Assembly: GCA_038496445.1 (NCBI GenBank)
Contig: JALMLS010000453.1
Location: forward strand, 1 to 64,000
Direction: 5' to 3'
Length of the DNA stretch: 64,000 bases
Source: Trichosphaerium sp. ATCC 40318
Lineage: Eukaryota > Protista > Tubulinea
The translations under genes were made by a program, and so were the position numbers. Of this stretch, positions 37,590 to 54,889 are shown piece by piece; position 1 is the stretch's first letter, and the number at the start of each line of letters is the position of its first letter. The notes below the pieces were generated by a model that saw nothing but the letters and a program-made list of their open reading frames with translations, was not told the DNA's origin and ran no database searches.

Positions 37590-38417
37590 TCACACTGTAT
37601 CATAGTAGTTAACAGAAGCTTGATCAGTATCAATATCAGGAGGTCCTATAAAACAAATAAGAGTAACGTCTTTAGAATGGTTTTGCTCGATGTTCAAAAA
37701 ACACGTGAACACCGCTACGAGATGAAGTATTCTTCAAAAAAGCAACTTGAGATAATACCTTGTTGTAAAATAGTATTTGCAAGAGCAATAGTTAACCACG
37801 CATAAAGGGCCTAGTGATAACATTAAATACTTTTTGCAAAATAACAAGAAAAAGTGTCAGTTTAAAAAAATGACTTCAAAAAACGTACCCTCACGCCAAT
37901 ACCTACAGCTGAAACAGCTATATATAATACTTTACGTTTTGTTGAAACAATGTACCATATTTCCCATGCGTATACAGCCATACGCAAGAAGAGATAACCA
38001 GTAAACTAAAAGAAACGTCAACAGAAAAAAAAGTGAGTGTCAAATCGTAGATTTGCTTAAACAAGCTAACCAACCATATCATGGATTTAATAATACTCAG
38101 AGATGCGTACGGAAGATATTAGAAAGTGATCAAAGAAGTGGGCACCCATAAAGCCTACACAAGTGAATAATATCGTTAAACAAGCATTCACAAGGTATAC
38201 GAAGCTGAGTAGCTCATTTTTGCCGGTATCCTAGCACCGTAAGCAAATTATTATTTAAAACGCGCCATACTATATAAAAATACACTTCGAATATTGCAAA
38301 CGCCTAAAAAGGTATTAATATTAAGTAATAATAATAATATCGCACCAATTGCAATACTGCCAGAATTTTTAACGCCAATCCATAATGCCGTAAGTTGTGA
38401 CGCGGAATAGCGCACAT
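37590..38417 (-). CDS. Small four-transmembrane protein missed by the ORF track
   Basis: Six GT-AG exons splice to MCAIPRHNLRHYGLALKILAVLQLAFAIFEVYFYI...LTILFTCVGFMGA...FLRMAVYAW...IAVSAVGIGVRALYAWLTIALA...NYYDTV*. Confidence 0.7.
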
Positions 38418-38640
38418 TCACGACCCAAAAAGCAACTGCGCGTGGAAAATCACAACGACTTTTTGAACTATTCTCAAAATGAGGCGAATTTCGGCTACAG
38501 TCAATGTTATTCCAGTTTTGAATTAAATACAAGTTCATTTTTTTTTTATTTACTTCATATACTTTTACACGTGCTTTATACATTTATACATAGTTTACAA
38601 TCTATAGAAATCAATCCAAATTTTCACTTAGATTTATAAT

Positions 38641-41600
38641 TTAATGAGGATTTGAGCGTAGCTTCCCAGGTTCGATATCAAAACGAACAGCACTGTTTCT
38701 GTGAAAAAAAAAAGTAAGTTGAAGACAAACTTGACAGTTCCAAGGTTGTAAGTACCTATGTTGTACTGATATACGTGGTGGTGATCTATCATCTCTTTGT
38801 GTACTTCTTGAAGAACGTGGTAGTTGCATAAATGACGTCCTTGTACCCAAATCAGGAATAGCAGAATCATTGAAGTGTGAAAGTGTTGGAGGTGCATCTT
38901 GCTTAGTCGCTTGTTTCTTCCTACGTCTCAAGATACGAGGAGATCCAGAAAATCTTGATGTACCATTATTACGAGGTGATTTTTGTGTGCTACTAGTCCT
39001 TGGTGAAGTACTAGAAGTCCGTGCTGATCTAGGAGACCGTGGAGACCGTGGAGATCGTGGTGATCGTTTTAAAACTTGTCCTGGTTCTTCCATTAAAGGT
39101 GGGAGATGCATATCGCTTGTAAGAGATATCAATGCGTCATCCATAGCTCTATTAGATAGAGAGCTTAAATCTTGATTGATAGGCCTTATTGACAAAGGTT
39201 AGAAGTACATCTTTGGCTGCGAACAACAGAAAAGACAAAAAGTACCTAACATCTCTCCACTGACCGTGCTCAAACTCTCCATGCTTTCTACCACCATGAC
39301 CTGATCCAGGCATCGCGGAAATGGACTCGCCAGGAGTTGACCTTGTAGTAGTAAGTCCCATGATGGTTTGCATCCTAGTATGTCTTGAAGGATCGGATAC
39401 TCTACCATCAGGAGAAGCTAAGAAGTACATCAACGTGATAAGCTCTTAAAAAACTGAATAATAACAAAAATCGTACATGATGAGATGCCTCTCCTTAAGC
39501 TTGTAGGGGATCTTTCTGAGCGCTGTCGAAGTCTACTCATGTGAGTATCTACAAAGTTAAATAAGCAATGTATTAAGTTGACTGACAGGGGTGTATTTTC
39601 GAACAAGCAAACTTACCACTAATGTCGTCCCAAACAACTTGGATTTTACCCTCAACTTGACCTTGATAACGGCCCTTATCAATGAGTTTACAAATAAATG
39701 TTGCTGCAGTACTACCACAAGCTCCTTTAAGTCTAATAACACCTTGACCTGTACTTGCAGTTAGCATTCATTGTATCTAAATGTAAAGCCATTAATTCGT
39801 ACCAATAATACTTCCATCACAATGATCCTTTACAAGTACGCGAATCCATTGTCTTTCAAGAAAATTGGCATTTGTGGCAATCTAGAAAGGTCCGTTCACG
39901 TTAGCAACGCACGAGGTAGATATTTTTGTGCGTACAGGTAGTAGAGGCGGTATATCTGCATCAAACCATTGTGGTCTTGTTGCCATTGACTTGAAAAAAA
40001 TCAGAATATCTAGATATAGCTAAAAAAAAGTCTCGTACCTTTGGTACAGGAAGAGTGTTCACTTCTCTTACAAGCCAATCAGCTTGAAAAGTTACATAAG
40101 GCATGCGTGCTCCGCTCTTTACCTCCTTAAGATCAAACGCCTTTAAGCCCTAAAGCACCAACCAAGTTAGTAACCAATCTAGTTGTATAAGCACTCAAAT
40201 ACCTTTATAATAAGACTACAAGAACGTCTCTTATGCGGTATATTAGGCGCATCAATAGACACTTCAAAACCAGCGTAAGTTGGTCGATGATCACTAGAAG
40301 AATAATAAGCCTAGAAGGAAAAAAATAATATCCTAAGCTCGCTTAACGTGCCTTGTTTTTAAGTCCCAGGCTGCATTGTAGACTAAATTCTTTACTCGAT
40401 CTTTATTTGCAGATCTCCAAAGTACCCTATCACACCAAGCAGGTGGTCTTGGCATGCCCATTTTCTTTAAAAAAAAGTTTCAGAATGTTGACCTTTTCTT
40501 TGGTTAGTATTCGCAGTGTACCTCACAGTTCCACTCATCAGATCCTTTCTTGAATCTATATGTTGGTGTAAACTTTAACGGAGCCTCTTGGAACCCAAGG
40601 AAGCACTTTTCTTGCTCCATTTGCTCCTTGAGTTGATCAAATTCAAAAAGTTCGACATATTGTTTCTTCTCTATCATTGGGAATATTGTCTCACTAGAAA
40701 ACAATGTTTAAACAACCTTGTACTACTACTAAGAAAGCGTACTTTGTAGACTCTAATCGGTAATTCAAATCACCACACCAGAACAAGTGATCGAACTCGC
40801 AATGATTATCTCCAGTAGAAGAAAAATTCAGACCTTTCATGATGTCTCTGTACAAGGCAAGTGTTAAGTCTAAAAAAAGTAGAATATCGTTTTGTACTTG
40901 TAGTTCTGATTCCTTAATAGTAACCTCCTCTGGTCAATACGAGCAGCCAGGTGTGAACCAATAAAGCATAGTCGAGTATCATAAATCTTAAAAGATACAG
41001 CAGCACCACCTTTATTTCCAGCAACTGTAGCAATTCCAGTTGCAACAGTTGATGTCTAAAACACAAAAATGTCAGCACAGGCGACCTATTTTGTTATTGA
41101 AATACATGCCTTGACATTTGTCACTTTATAGTAGTGGTCACGCCGTATAAAAACAACAGTACGAATACCTATAACAATCAGTTAATGTCAAGTTTTGGAG
41201 CAGAAAAAACAGAAAATGAACAAAAAACGTACCCCACAATGATATACCGGCAAGTTTGATATAGTTTTCGCCAATATGACGATGCAACCATCCGAAAAAA
41301 TCAGCTTCAGTTGTCTCGACACCTTTTCTAGGTGGGTAATCGCATTCCTGTTGTTGAAACATAAAATTAGTCCTTGCACAAGACCTTAACCCTAAAAGGC
41401 TTCAAACGGTTTACCTGTGCTGCAATACAATAAATATCATATTGGTCTCTCATTAACCAAGAATTTAAATCAGCAGTATCTTGCAGAAATCGTTACAAAA
41501 CATAACTACAAACTTGTTTTGAGTAACCAACACATACCTGGAGGTGGACTGTTTCCCATGTTCCATGTACCACAGCAAACCTTTAATTTTTCAGTGTACA

Positions 41601-43485
41601 TATCTGGTTTGCTTAAAGAAGTTCTCGTGTTAAGAAGAGAGCAATAGTTCTAAACGAAGGATCAGATTGAATGTTGAAAAACAAGTAAGAAATTTTATTC
41701 ACTTTTAACTAACCCTATAAGCTTCACTATGCTTAATAAACCATAAGGCCTCATATAATCTTTCACGCTCTATCTTATCGGCAAGTTGTATTTTCTCTGT
41801 AACATTTTTGTTTTGCTTACCCTGCCAAACAAGTGCAAGCTAAAAAAAGTGATAAGCAATACAATCCACATTTCTAGTCTAAAAATCCATACTTGGTGGG
41901 GTGCTTTCGATTTTATAGTTTGCAGTAGGGTTTCAGCATGACGCCTTTCTGTTCCTGATTTATCTCTAGCAAAGGTGATAATTCCTAGGCACAAAGTTAA
42001 CCAAAAAAGAAAAATAAAATCAAAACAAACCTGTGCCCATATTTACAGTGACTACATCACGTGAAGTAGAAGATGATTGGCTCATTGCTTTCTTAGACGT
42101 TATTTTAAATCTTAGTATCATAGATACTCCAGGGAAGGAGCTCAGAAGGTCGACAGAGTGATTAGAATTATTACGCGAATGTGACGATGGTTTTTTTGTG
42201 ACAAGAACGCGTTTCCATTGGCCTCTTGGCGTAAGAGAGCTTTCTTTCTCCATATTAGCCTCTTTCTGTACAAACATTAATGAATACACAACTACACCTT
42301 TTAAAAAAATTATTGTGTGTACCTTATTCAATCCTACACGTGCGTGATTGAGTTTAAGAACCTTTTCTTGAATTAATCCTGTCATCATTTTACAATAATT
42401 TAACTTTTCAAAAATGACGTTACAAAGCCTCTGTGATAAATCTACTTTAGAGAACTCAACGGCGCTATAAATATTTGTATATAGACTTTGTCCTTTAGAC
42501 TTGAATATTTGCATAGATTCATTACGAACAGCCTCAACCTAATAACAAGAGAAATTAATTAAAAATAGAATTCAAAAAAAATCAAAAAAAAAAAGAAAAA
42601 ATTAATTAAAATGGTACACAACCATTAATCGTACCTGCTCTAGTTTGGTTAAATCTACCTTATGCTGTGCATTCACATGCTGTACTTTTTGAACCGTATG
42701 CTGGTAATCACTGTGTACTTTATCGAATCTTTTTTTCTTGCTCTAAAAAACTAATTTAGAAATAACGTTCTAAATCGCTCCAATATAACGTCTTGTACCT
42801 TTGCAGATGAAAATCGAGAAAAATGAGCTGACATAGGATTTACTAAATTCTCTTCAACAAAATTGAGCTATAATACGTGTAAGAATGTTTCGGGGCGTAT
42901 GTATAATTGTAATAAGGCAAATCACAATATTTATTTTGCGGAAGATTTATGTACGCACGTAGTCACGCTGTAAATCGTGAATTACTTTTCCCAGGGACGC
43001 AATTGTACCCCAAATCTCTCCTACACTGTATAAGTACCTCTATAAACGAACATGTCTTTTTGCTCAGAATAGTGCTTGAAGTTAATCACTCTACTTTTGT
43101 AGCTTATACGCACCCATTTTTACGTCTGCGTCATCATTGCCAACCACTTTGCCGAAATTTGCCAGGCTTTCATAAAACCGTTCTTCATGCGTCCACGCAG
43201 CTAAAACTGCGTTAATCACACCTGATAGTGCGTATTTATGCTACAATACCTCTTGTAGTGGACAAATAGCAAATAGTTGCTTCACGAAATACAAGAAGCT
43301 GCTTTTCCATTTCATCCATCTCCTGTAATGCTCTTGAGCTACAAAGAGCCTGTTTTCTATTTTTTCAAAAAGCGTACTTGCAATTTATCGGTAATGTTTT
43401 TGTACTCAACGGTTGGCTCTATAGCCTTTGAGTGCTTTGCGCGTACGCGCCGCACAAGGTTAAGCTCCCGCGGGTTAGGTATCAT
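38641..43485 (-). CDS. Inositol polyphosphate 5-phosphatase (SHIP-like) with N-terminal BAR-like domain
   Basis: CGTWNMG, TGIATVAGNKGG, FIGSHLAA, LFWCGDLNYR, FTPTYRF, PAWCDRVLW, LKTSDHRP; helical N-terminus with KKRFDKVHSDYQ; SPR-repeat tail. Confidence 0.9.
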
Positions 43486-44054
43486 TTATATCTTTTCACT
43501 TTGGCCAGGTGATTACCCCAAGCGGTAAGTATAGGGCTAATTGTCAATGTGACTTTTATAGAAGGTTTAGGTTATCAAATAGTATCTTTGCCTTGTTCAA
43601 GACTTTGTTTAGACTTAAACGAGTAATGAGGTCTAAAGACGCCGAGAAGCATTTTCGGTAACTGTTTCGAGCAAATCAAAAGTTCGTGCAGTTCAATGTT
43701 TTTTTCTTACACCTTCAATCCCGTGTATACGCTAATATAGGCTACTTGAAAGCGAGCTACTTATTGTAAGGGTAAATTTAAGCGATATTACAAAAATAAA
43801 AATGAAAAAAATTGAACTGCCACAAAGTTGTACTGATTTGTACGGCGTGCTTAAGACGTACTGTAAAGAAGCATAATCATCTCTTTCACGTGACATTTCG
43901 TCTTCTGTACAGTGCTCTAATAAACCCTCTAACCTCTTTCATACAAAGCACAAGCGATTTGTCTATCCACCAACCTCTTCGTGCAGAGTTTGTTTTTTTG
44001 GACTTGAGGAATAGTCTTGACAGCAAAAACCGCTGCAACGAGCTCGATTAACGC

Positions 44055-45537
44055 ATGAGTAGCCAAGAACGTAAGAGTAAGAACAATACACTCAAAGCAA
44101 CTAAACTGTATTTGTAGCAACGCGTATTGTAATAGACAATGGCTCTGGCCAATGTAAAGCAGGTTTTGCAGGCTCTGAAGACCCAACAGCAATCTTTCCA
44201 ACTGCTTTTGGTAAAAACACTGTAGGAAACGGTAAACACGCTTAAAACGCGAAAAACAACAGCAGAATAGCTTTTAACATATAATTTCTAACTAAACTGT
44301 TAAATTAGGTTTCATAGGAACGACTGCATTGGAACTAGGCGTCACCAGTAGTTTCCCAATCGAACGTGGCGTAGTAACTAACTGGGACCAAATGGAAGCC
44401 ATACATCACCACACATTTTACAATGAACTCCGCGTACAACCAGAAGACCACCCAGTGCTGCTTTCAGAAGCACCTCTTTCAAACAAACTCCAAAGGTACC
44501 AACGTATTTTGATGTAGAAGATTCTTATTTTTTTCCTTCTTTTTGTTCAGACAAAAGATGACAGAACTCTTGATGGAGACATTCAATGTACCTTATCTGT
44601 ATTTATGTAATCAATCAGTTTTGTCTATGTTTAGTACTGGTAATGTAACAGGTGCTTGTATTGACTCTGGTGATGGTGTAACATGGATGGTTCCAGTGTT
44701 TGAAGGAACTCTACTTCCGCATGCGGCTCAAAAATTGGAGCTTGGGGGATCTGACATTACCTCACTTGTACATGCTGCTCTGGTTGGAAAATGCAAAGAT
44801 AATGTAACCTACGAAGATCTAGGAATGTCGGAAGCTATGATTATTAAGGAAAACTTATGCTATGTATCGTTGGATGCTACTAAAGAGACAGTTGTTAAAA
44901 AATCAGGAGCAACAAAAAACGGCAAAAAATACATTTTAGGAAAAGAACGATTTATGGCTCCTGAGATACTGTTTAATCCTTCTAAATATGGACACGATAT
45001 GAAGAGTATACAAGAACTATCTTATATATGTTGTAAAAGAAACAGTCTCCCAGATAGAATGGTATATGAGAAGAGACAACAACTGTCCTTTTTTTTTTTC
45101 TTTTATGTCATATTACGTTAACTCAGTGATGTTTCTCATAATGTTGTTGGAATCATATACTCTGATACCACTCACTATGAACCCTTTTTCAGTTTTTCTT
45201 TTCTAAGCAGTCCAATAGGAGCTCATGAAGAATATTGTTTTGACTGGCGGAAACGCTAATATGCAAGGGTTTAAGGATAGAATGGTGAAGGAATTGAATA
45301 TACTTAATAAGACAGGAAATGAAATGAATATAATAAGTACACGTCAGGGTCATTTAGCAGCTTGGAGAGGAGGATCAAAACTTGCTTCACTACAAGAATT
45401 TCTCAGCCAAATGTATGTCAACGTTAGTTTTCTTTTTTTTTCTCCCTTTTTTTCATACCGTTGTTAACAGTTTCAAAAGGGTAAGCAAGGAAGAATATGA
45501 TGAGCAAGGACCATCTAGTATTTCAAAATGCATGTGA
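44055..45537 (+). CDS. Divergent actin / actin-related protein
   Basis: [81 protein letters not shown]. Confidence 0.93.
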
Positions 45538-45681
45538 TATATTTGCTCTCTATATTGCAAACAATGTAACAGGGTGGCTGTACAAGTGATAGAAAAAACT
45601 TCAAAAGTCTGGTGATTAATCAAATAGACAGCAAACAGTTTATTTTATTTTGTGTACAAGTTTTTTTTTTCGCTACTCAAC

Positions 45682-47556
45682 TTAACATTGCTTATTTATT
45701 TCATAAGTAATACTATCAGCAATATAACTACTAAGATTTTCAATATCCCCTTGGTCTGTATGAGCACTAAGATATGTCCTACCACTCCATTTTGCTAGAT
45801 TAGAATAATGTAAATTACTAGCTGTATCCGAATCAAGCAATTCAATGATAACGCCATTATCAGGCTGAAATAGTGTATGTGTCAAACCAGCACCATGAGG
45901 ACCTTTACAAGAATATTATGAGTGATGATACGGTTATGTTTAAAGATGTTTTGTAAAGCACTTACCAATCAAGATTGTGGTAGTTGAAGCAAGTTTTAAT
46001 TGTTTTTCCCATGATAAACTTGCAAAGTCCACCAAGGTCATTGTAAATTTAACTTTAGAATCATCAGACACGTGCTTTAGCACTGTGTCGAATAAAACTT
46101 GTTCTTCATCGAATACCCTACCTAATAACCTTAAGAAACGTTGATTGTTGTTGAGACTCGGGCAATGCTATGAGAACGATTTTGATTCAAAAGTAAATAT
46201 TGATTTTGTGCCTGTATTTTTCCTTGACACCCAAACAATGTTGCATTGTTTTGACGTTGGTGTGAGTTTGTAGTGATCTCTCATAAAACTAATGAATCCT
46301 CTGATTATTGAAGAGTCTTTACACAATGTAGGTACTCCTACACCTTTGTAGCTAAGTAAAGGAGTAAAAATACTACAAGCGCTAAATTATTGCAACCTCA
46401 ATAGCGAAACACCTCCATGCGAGTTGTGAACTACGTGATTGAAGCACGTGCCAGAAGGGAAAGGACTATCTTTTAGATATCGTATTGGTTTCCCTGAGAA
46501 TGCATTCCATACACTATCATATGGGCCAATACCAAAACTACCGAAGAAAAACAAAGTCAGTTTGAAATTTTAAAGAACTAGAAGTGTACTTGTCAACAAT
46601 TACTATATGTGGCTTATTAATAGTATCAAACAGAACTGCATATGATATAAATGTTGTTATAATATCCTCTATTGAGTGAAAAGTATTTCTAGCGTCCCAC
46701 CTGTCTAATAGAAACACCTACAACCAAAACTTAGAAAATTGATTTTCAAGAAAAAAATGGGAAAAACAAATTCGCTTGTACTTAACTGTGTCTTCAATCC
46801 ACGTGGTGCACTTCACATTACTGTTTAGTTTAAACACTGATAACCTATTTTAGAGATACAATTTATTACCTGGAGTACCTTTGTTCGACGTATCGGTACT
46901 TTGACTAGGCGAACAAGAAGCCAAAATATTTACACCTGTACCAGTCTTTCAAAGTTGGTTTGTCGCCACGAAATAACATGCTGTAAGACTACAATACGTA
47001 CCTCACGCGGCTGCAAACTGACGAAATTTGCATCGCATAATGGCATGCCTTGGTCACGGTAGTAGCAGCTCACTTTAGACTCTCCTTGAGCGCAAAGTTG
47101 TTTGACATTGCTAGCCCAGTCTACAATGTATCCAAGGCCTATAATGCAACATTACAACGTGTACAGCTTGTACTTGTTGCCATACCGTAAGCTGTTTCGC
47201 AGTTTTTGGCGTTTTTCGCTTCTTGTTGAATTACAGTTTTGGTATTGTCCAGTATGTAACTCAGTACTTTGTGGGTTTGTTTTTTGAGATCTAAACGCTT
47301 TGGAATCTGAAAAACTTTGCGCGTTTGTAGAGTTGGTAAATTTATAAAGAGCTGTTCAAGAGAGGTGTCAACACGACAGACTATTGATTAAACCGCTTCT
47401 CACCATAAAAACTGTAGAAACACAAACCAACACTATAATAATGCTTCGTTGGCGTAGTAATTGTAATCCACGCGATAACTGAGTGAAACCATTAAAAAAA
47501 ACCCGCCAAACAAATAAAAACACAACTAGCCTGTGAATTTGACCTAATATTCGCAT
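45682..47556 (-). CDS. GT61-family glycosyltransferase (EOGT/POMGNT2-like), type II membrane
   Basis: DRWDARNTFH, IVWVSRK, LSWEKQLK...ILIGPHGAGLTHTLF..VIIEL, HYSNLAKW; N-terminal TM. The start codon is uncertain. Confidence 0.8.
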
Positions 47557-47980
47557 GGCGCATCGATTGGGATAATTTTAGTAACAAGAGAAGCGTGGAC
47601 TATTTCTTCAAGTGTCAAGTCAAGATATTTTGTAGTCTAGACTGCTGAAAATACTTCAGCTAGACTGTTTATCGGATATGAGTTGTCACCAACCGATTAA
47701 TGCAGTAAAACCAGTGCAATAACGTAATATTACGCTAGAAGGCTAACTGGTGTACTGCAAAAGAACTGCAAATACTTTCTCCGGAGATGGCGCAATACAT
47801 GGTTTTTTCGTTTTGAAAATATTTTAATATTATTGTAATCCTTCGGAGCTGTGATTCCTTTATATTCTACGCATCAGTAAACGATTGGAAGTACTAAGCA
47901 ATCAAAACTTGATTTATTGTCGGCAATATTCGTTTTTACCCGTTTTTAAAAGTACACTTTTGTTATTTCAGACGCTATTT

Positions 47981-49244
47981 CTACGCATAGTATACAGTAA
48001 TATTACGATAACACTTACATAACATTAATCCATTCTTTACAACATGATGCAACTCAAGCTGTCCATTATACCACCTAGGGTATACAGTTATATTGTAGAA
48101 GTACCATAGGCTTAATATTAGGCGAAAAAAACCAAAATGACCCGAAAGAGACACATTAAAGACAAAATCGGGAAAATTGTATTTTCGCGATTCTTATTTT
48201 AGGTATCTGAAAAAAAAAACACTTACCATTTCTTGTAGTCACCCTCTATAACACCCTTATCAATAGTACATTGAACATGGAGTTGTGTATTAGGATAATA
48301 CTCGTTATACTGTCCGTCAAGAATACCATCCTTATTGTACTTACAAGTCAACCGTAAAACGCCTGTATCATACCTAAAAAGAGAGAGACATTAACAACAA
48401 AACAGTATACTCGTATTGTTTTTTTTTTTAATGGCGTCATTGCAAGAAAAAAAAAGAACAAACATTTTTTTCGAAAGATTGAAAAAAAATAAGTAGTCAG
48501 GGATTCTATACTTACCACTCTGAGTATGCGTCATATATATCGCCATTCATATACCTACAATGTACATTCAACCTACCATTAGGATGCCATTGTTTATACT
48601 CTCCATGGGGGACGCCATACTCGAATTCTCGCTGAAGAGACAATTTCCCATTAACAAACCATTCTTTATGACGTCCATGAATTTTTCCTTTGACATATGT
48701 ACATGATACAGTAAGAACTCCTCCCTTATCATAGCATTTATAAGGACCTTCCTTTTTACCGTTTTTGAAACTACAATCAATATCAAGTTTACCGTTATCA
48801 TGCCATTGTTTATACGAGCCCTCAACCTTTCCTTTAACATAGAAGCTATGTAAAACAAGTTTACCGTCTTTGTTCCAAATTCTCAAGTCACCTTCTATTT
48901 TACCTTTCGTAAAACTCGTTTTTGTGTACTTTCCATTGCTCCATCTCTTCCAAACACCAGTTTTTTCGAGTTCGTTAGTAAATCGTGTATTCGTCCCGAA
49001 ACCTTTACACAACGTTGGCCATTTAACGAAAACCTCCGCATCTACGCTATATATCATGTCCAAGAGCTCCAAGGGAAGCTCCAAACTAAATATTAATAAG
49101 TTTGTTGGTAGTTTAAAACTTGACGCGTTCGAGTAGCGAAAAACGCTTTTTGCGTGTAGCAAAGCGCGTAAGTGTACAGTCAAGGTGCTGTTTCGACTAT
49201 CTACATTACGACTACCGAAAATGTTTCGTAGCGTTTTCGTGCAT
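47981..49244 (-). CDS. F-box + MORN-variant repeat protein, paralog of 1086-2914
   Basis: Short exon 49244-49216, phase-2 intron to 49086, LELPLELL...WPTLC...TRFTNELE, then GxxEGxYKQWHxNG repeats. The 3' end is uncertain. Confidence 0.8.
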
Positions 49245-49629
49245 CACGTGCAACCCCGAACTACTTCACTAGCGCGTTGAATACGCGCCAGTGAAGCATA
49301 ACAGCTTTTTTCTTTAAAAATAAAACGGTTGGTTACGTAAAAGGTGTTTTAAAGCACGTATACTCTCCCAAATAGTGTATAGTATACGTTTTCGAACACC
49401 TTAATACCCAGGGGGACAACCTTACTCCGTCCGACAAAATTGAGTTTTAAAAGACAGTAGAACGTACAGGGAGCTTTTCACAACCGAGGAGTCTGCCAAG
49501 CAGTTCCGTTTTAGCCGTTTACGAGGTGTGTCCATGTAATACGTAATTTTCAAGGGTACTTAATCAGCTCGCCTTAACGTTTTGTCAAGTAAACTTGTAA
49601 CGTTACCTGAAGAGGTATCAAAGTTGTTC

Positions 49630-53231
<3,602 letters not shown>

Positions 53232-53572
53232 ATTTTCAACTACAATACCGTTGCAATGACACGAGCAAAGCTATCGGCACGTACAAGACACATTGTAATA
53301 TGTACGTAATGACAGCTACACTACGCAAGACACCCACACCATTTTGGGTTTGTACAGTGTCATTACACAAGCGTAGCGCTTGTAACGCTGTGCGTGGCTT
53401 TTTCATGTTGATGCACAAAGGGAGCGTTGCGTGTGAATTCTATTTACAAAAGGCGCTATTTACGTTACTTCTCTTTGTGGGAGTGTAGAAGCACTGCTAG
53501 AGCCGCTCTGTGAAAACTGCCGTTAAGTCGTTTTCACACTCAGTAGACAGTCACAACTTTAACCTCGCGAAC

Positions 53573-54603
53573 ATGGTACGTTAAATTTGTCAATAATTAA
53601 GCGTGTAGAGCTCGTTTCTACACGTGAGGCTACATCTAGCTTCCTGCAGTAAAATTGGTCGTTTCTAACCTTGACGTAGTCCCAGACACTAAAGCCATAC
53701 CTCACATGTATCCGCGCCACCATTAACGCGGCTATGTGCCTTGAAAATTTTGCATCGCAAGAGGTGGAGAGACACAACAAACCTGAGGTCGAGGCTGGGT
53801 ACAAAGCGTTTTTTAGCACAACAGAAATAATTTAAGCACCAAAACAAGCCTCAACGATTTTTAGTCCCGATCGTAACCAACACAACTAATTTTCGCCAGA
53901 GTAAACAAAGAATTACTTCTCAAACCAGTTGTGATTGCTAGAAACGAAAAAGAAAGAGTTTTGATCGAAGGTACACGATTAGCCTTCTAATGCGCCTGTA
54001 ACAATAATATAGGATCAATCAATTCGCTTCGTATTAGCGTCGCTGTTAAGCAAGCAGATGAATTGGAACAGATTCTAGCCAAAAAATTTATGCGTTTCCT
54101 CGCTCAACGTGCGGATAACTTCGTCATTCTTCGCCGTAAACCAATCTCCGTACGTTTAATAAAACTCACAAACAAAATCCTACAACTTCACGGGTTCGCT
54201 TTCAACCGTTTTGTAACTAATGCTTTACCTTTAAAACACTATAAAAATCAACTTGACGCCCAAGCCATCGCCGCTAAAATTAAAAAAAAAGTACTAATGA
54301 CATTTTGAAGGGTTATGATATTAGCTTCTTGATTACCAACTTCCACACCGAGCTTATGTACAAACACAAATTGGTTGACTTTATCATTCAGTTTTTGGAA
54401 GATGTCGACAAGGTACAGTATAGTGACTGTTGTAGAATGTCACTCAATAGTTAGCGTCACTTGTGACGCTACATTTATTTATTTTAAACTTTGAGCGCTC
54501 CGAATCGCTTACGTTTGCACAGGAGATCGGCTTGATGAAATTGGCCGTAGCATCACGTGCTCGTGCTGTAGCAGAAACCTATTTGAAATCTTTCATCGCA
54601 TAA
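53573..54603 (+). CDS. ARPC4: Arp2/3 complex subunit 4 (p20)
   Basis: ATG-only first exon; [14 protein letters not shown]...[37 protein letters not shown]. Confidence 0.97.
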
Positions 54604-54889
54604 ACAGCGAGTTATTCCTTTGTACCAGTATTAAATAATACAAACGAATTATTTCCTTGATATTCTCACAAAAAAAAACTTATGCCAATGTGTCAAGTTG
54701 GATTGTAGTTACTTCGGGCTACGCGCTGTTTTTTTTGTGCCCTACAAAACAAAAACACCTGAATGCTTTTATGTCGGTCAAGATTTGTCTTGGATTTTGA
54801 AGCCATTAATTTTTTTCAAAGTGGAACTTTACCCAAAATATTGTTTGTCATAGCCGAAGTTGGGAGATTGATGGTTTAATAATTGAAAC

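Noticed and set aside
45125-45165. Intronic C/D-box snoRNA (GTGATGT...CTGA)
   Set aside because: Imperfect C box, only about 40 nt, and no terminal stem.
54430-54472. Hairpins in an ARPC4 intron (TAGCGTCAC-TT-GTGACGCTA)
   Set aside because: A single 9-bp stem with no snoRNA boxes or second copy; compatible with chance.
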